Below, piece by piece: positions 62,502 to 64,000 of a DNA stretch of 64,000 nt; the stretch's first letter is position 1, and every line of letters starts with the position of its first letter. The DNA is taken from assembly GCA_004022145.1 (NCBI GenBank), contig RCNU01000002.1; one strand, written 5' to 3'. The notes under the pieces are model-generated. The model saw only the letters and a program-made list of their open reading frames with translations. It was not told the origin of the DNA and made no database searches. The position numbers and the translations under genes were made by a program. The stretch comes from Paecilomyces variotii (lineage: Eukaryota).

Positions 62502-63917
62502 ATGATGCGCGCAAACGATCCTCGAATTCGCCAGACGATCAACCAGATCTCGCAGAACATCGAGTCGGCTAATGAAACGGCACAAGAAAGCGTCTACACC
62601 TTCACGCAGAATTATCTATCGCCCTGCTTCTCTGCGATCGGCAATTGTCTTCACACGTGCACGGCACCGTGCTTCCCGAGCCGGGAGGACCAGCTGCGTC
62701 GTCGACGAAGAGGTCGCGCGGAACTCAACTTTGATTTCTACGATGACTGGGATAACGACGATGCAGGAGATGCCCTGCTGGGTTGGGGGAATGACGAGTT
62801 GGATCGTCTCCTCGCGGGGAGTGGGAGCGGTCGCGGCAGCGCAGAGCAGCCGCGCCGACAACGAACAATGAGCTATGGAGCTCGTCGGACAAGACGGCGA
62901 AGCACGGTACTTCCGGACGAGAGATCAGACCCAACGGTTATTCCGAAATCTTCATTCTTAGGTTTCCTCGAACGCTTTCCATGGAAGATTGGTGCGAGAG
63001 GTATTAAATACAGACCATCCGCCGCGGACCTGCAAGAGAACCCGGGCGGATTAAGGCGCCACATACACGAAGATGAGCCGTTGATGGAGGCTGCTGAAGA
63101 GAACGAAGACGGACTTGATCGTGGTAAGCAGACCAGACAGCGAAGCGGAACACACTCTTCTCGGGAGACTACAAATTCACTCAGTTCGCGAGGCGATCTG
63201 ATACCGAGCGACGAGGAGGAAGATGCCGTCCCGTTGGATGACGAATTTGCTTTAGCCCTAGGGCGCCGCGGAACTGGTCTCAGCTTGGAAGAGCCCTTCG
63301 GGAAGCCTAGTTTCTCTAGAAGGTCTACTGGTACACATACTTCAAAGGATTCCAGGAGAAAGAGCAAGAGCGACAGCAGAGGGAGATCTTCACTCAAGTC
63401 AGATTATGAAGTGGTCTATGACGGAGACGTCCCTGCTATGGTGGATTTGAAGAAGGAAGAGGAACAAGCCAGGTTGGAAGAGGAGGCGGAAATTGCGCGG
63501 AAGCGCCTTGCTGCTCATAAGCTGGCTATAAGCCGAGGGCTAGAGCACACTGAAGACGATGTATGCGCATGAAAACAAGAATCTTTATGTTTTCAGATTC
63601 AAGCTAACGCAGGAGTTGATTAGTCTACGCCTTCAATGCCGCCTTCTCGATCTTCGACTACGTCGAATATTGGACGTGCATCGCTGACTGTTGACGAAGC
63701 TACCACTCAAGGCGGCACAGCGGTTGCATCTATACATAATTCCCCTGGGGAGCAGACAGCAGCTAATGAGCTACACACGGAGCCATTCCCTCCTCTATCA
63801 CCATCATCGCCAGGCGCTGCATATATGCAAGAGATGGCGCCGTCCGCAACAGAAGTAGACGAGCCAAAACCGGTGGAGCAGAAACCGCGGTCAAACTCTG
63901 ATATGGATGAGAGTTGA
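62502..63917 (+). CDS. Conserved hypothetical protein (largely disordered, S/R/E-rich), 2 exons
   Basis: MMRANDPRIRQTINQISQNIESANE..., FDFYDDWD, YRPSAADLQE and SRGDLIPSDEEEDAVPLDDEF. Intron about 63561-63624 joins the 63636-63917 frame. Confidence 0.72.
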
Positions 63918-64000
63918 GTTATTCACATCTTCGAATATCATACGGCCAATAATGAGGAAGACTGATGTGTCTCTTCCACAAACCTTTCCCGTCGAAGAGC

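Overview
Intron-containing genomic DNA from a filamentous ascomycete. Gene content and short GT-AG introns with CTRAC branch points point to Eurotiales (Aspergillus/Paecilomyces-like); this taxonomic call is an inference. About 25 protein-coding genes can be reconstructed by hand. Conserved genes: kelch cell-surface protein, dienelactone hydrolase, Chs7-family chaperone, BLCAP/BC10 homolog, Edc4/Pdc1, HAD hydrolase, Tad3, Pho80/PREG cyclin, ARMC8/Gid5, fructosamine kinase, Ctk2, Cds1, ATRIP/UvsD, CobW GTPase, ornithine decarboxylase (ODC) and a lysine methyltransferase. Two patches look lineage-specific (about 32.8-34.5 kb and 43-54 kb). The strongest hidden signal is in the ODC leader: about 780 nt with no AUG, a 5'-UTR intron, and a 77-codon UUG-initiated upstream ORF in good start context ending Pro-Pro-stop. 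This matches the known polyamine-sensing uCC system. Other items missed by the ORF track: a spliced 8-Cys secreted protein resembling Histoplasma Cbp1; a 3-finger C2H2 gene broken by one extra C and head-to-head with a PD-(D/E)XK-like gene; a spliced ankyrin protein with a large unnamed C-terminal domain; an orphan with a CaaX tail; a long structured intron; and Pho4-type E-boxes upstream of the Pho80 cyclin. No rRNA, intact tRNA, transposase or CRISPR array was seen. Family calls come from motif recognition, not database searches.
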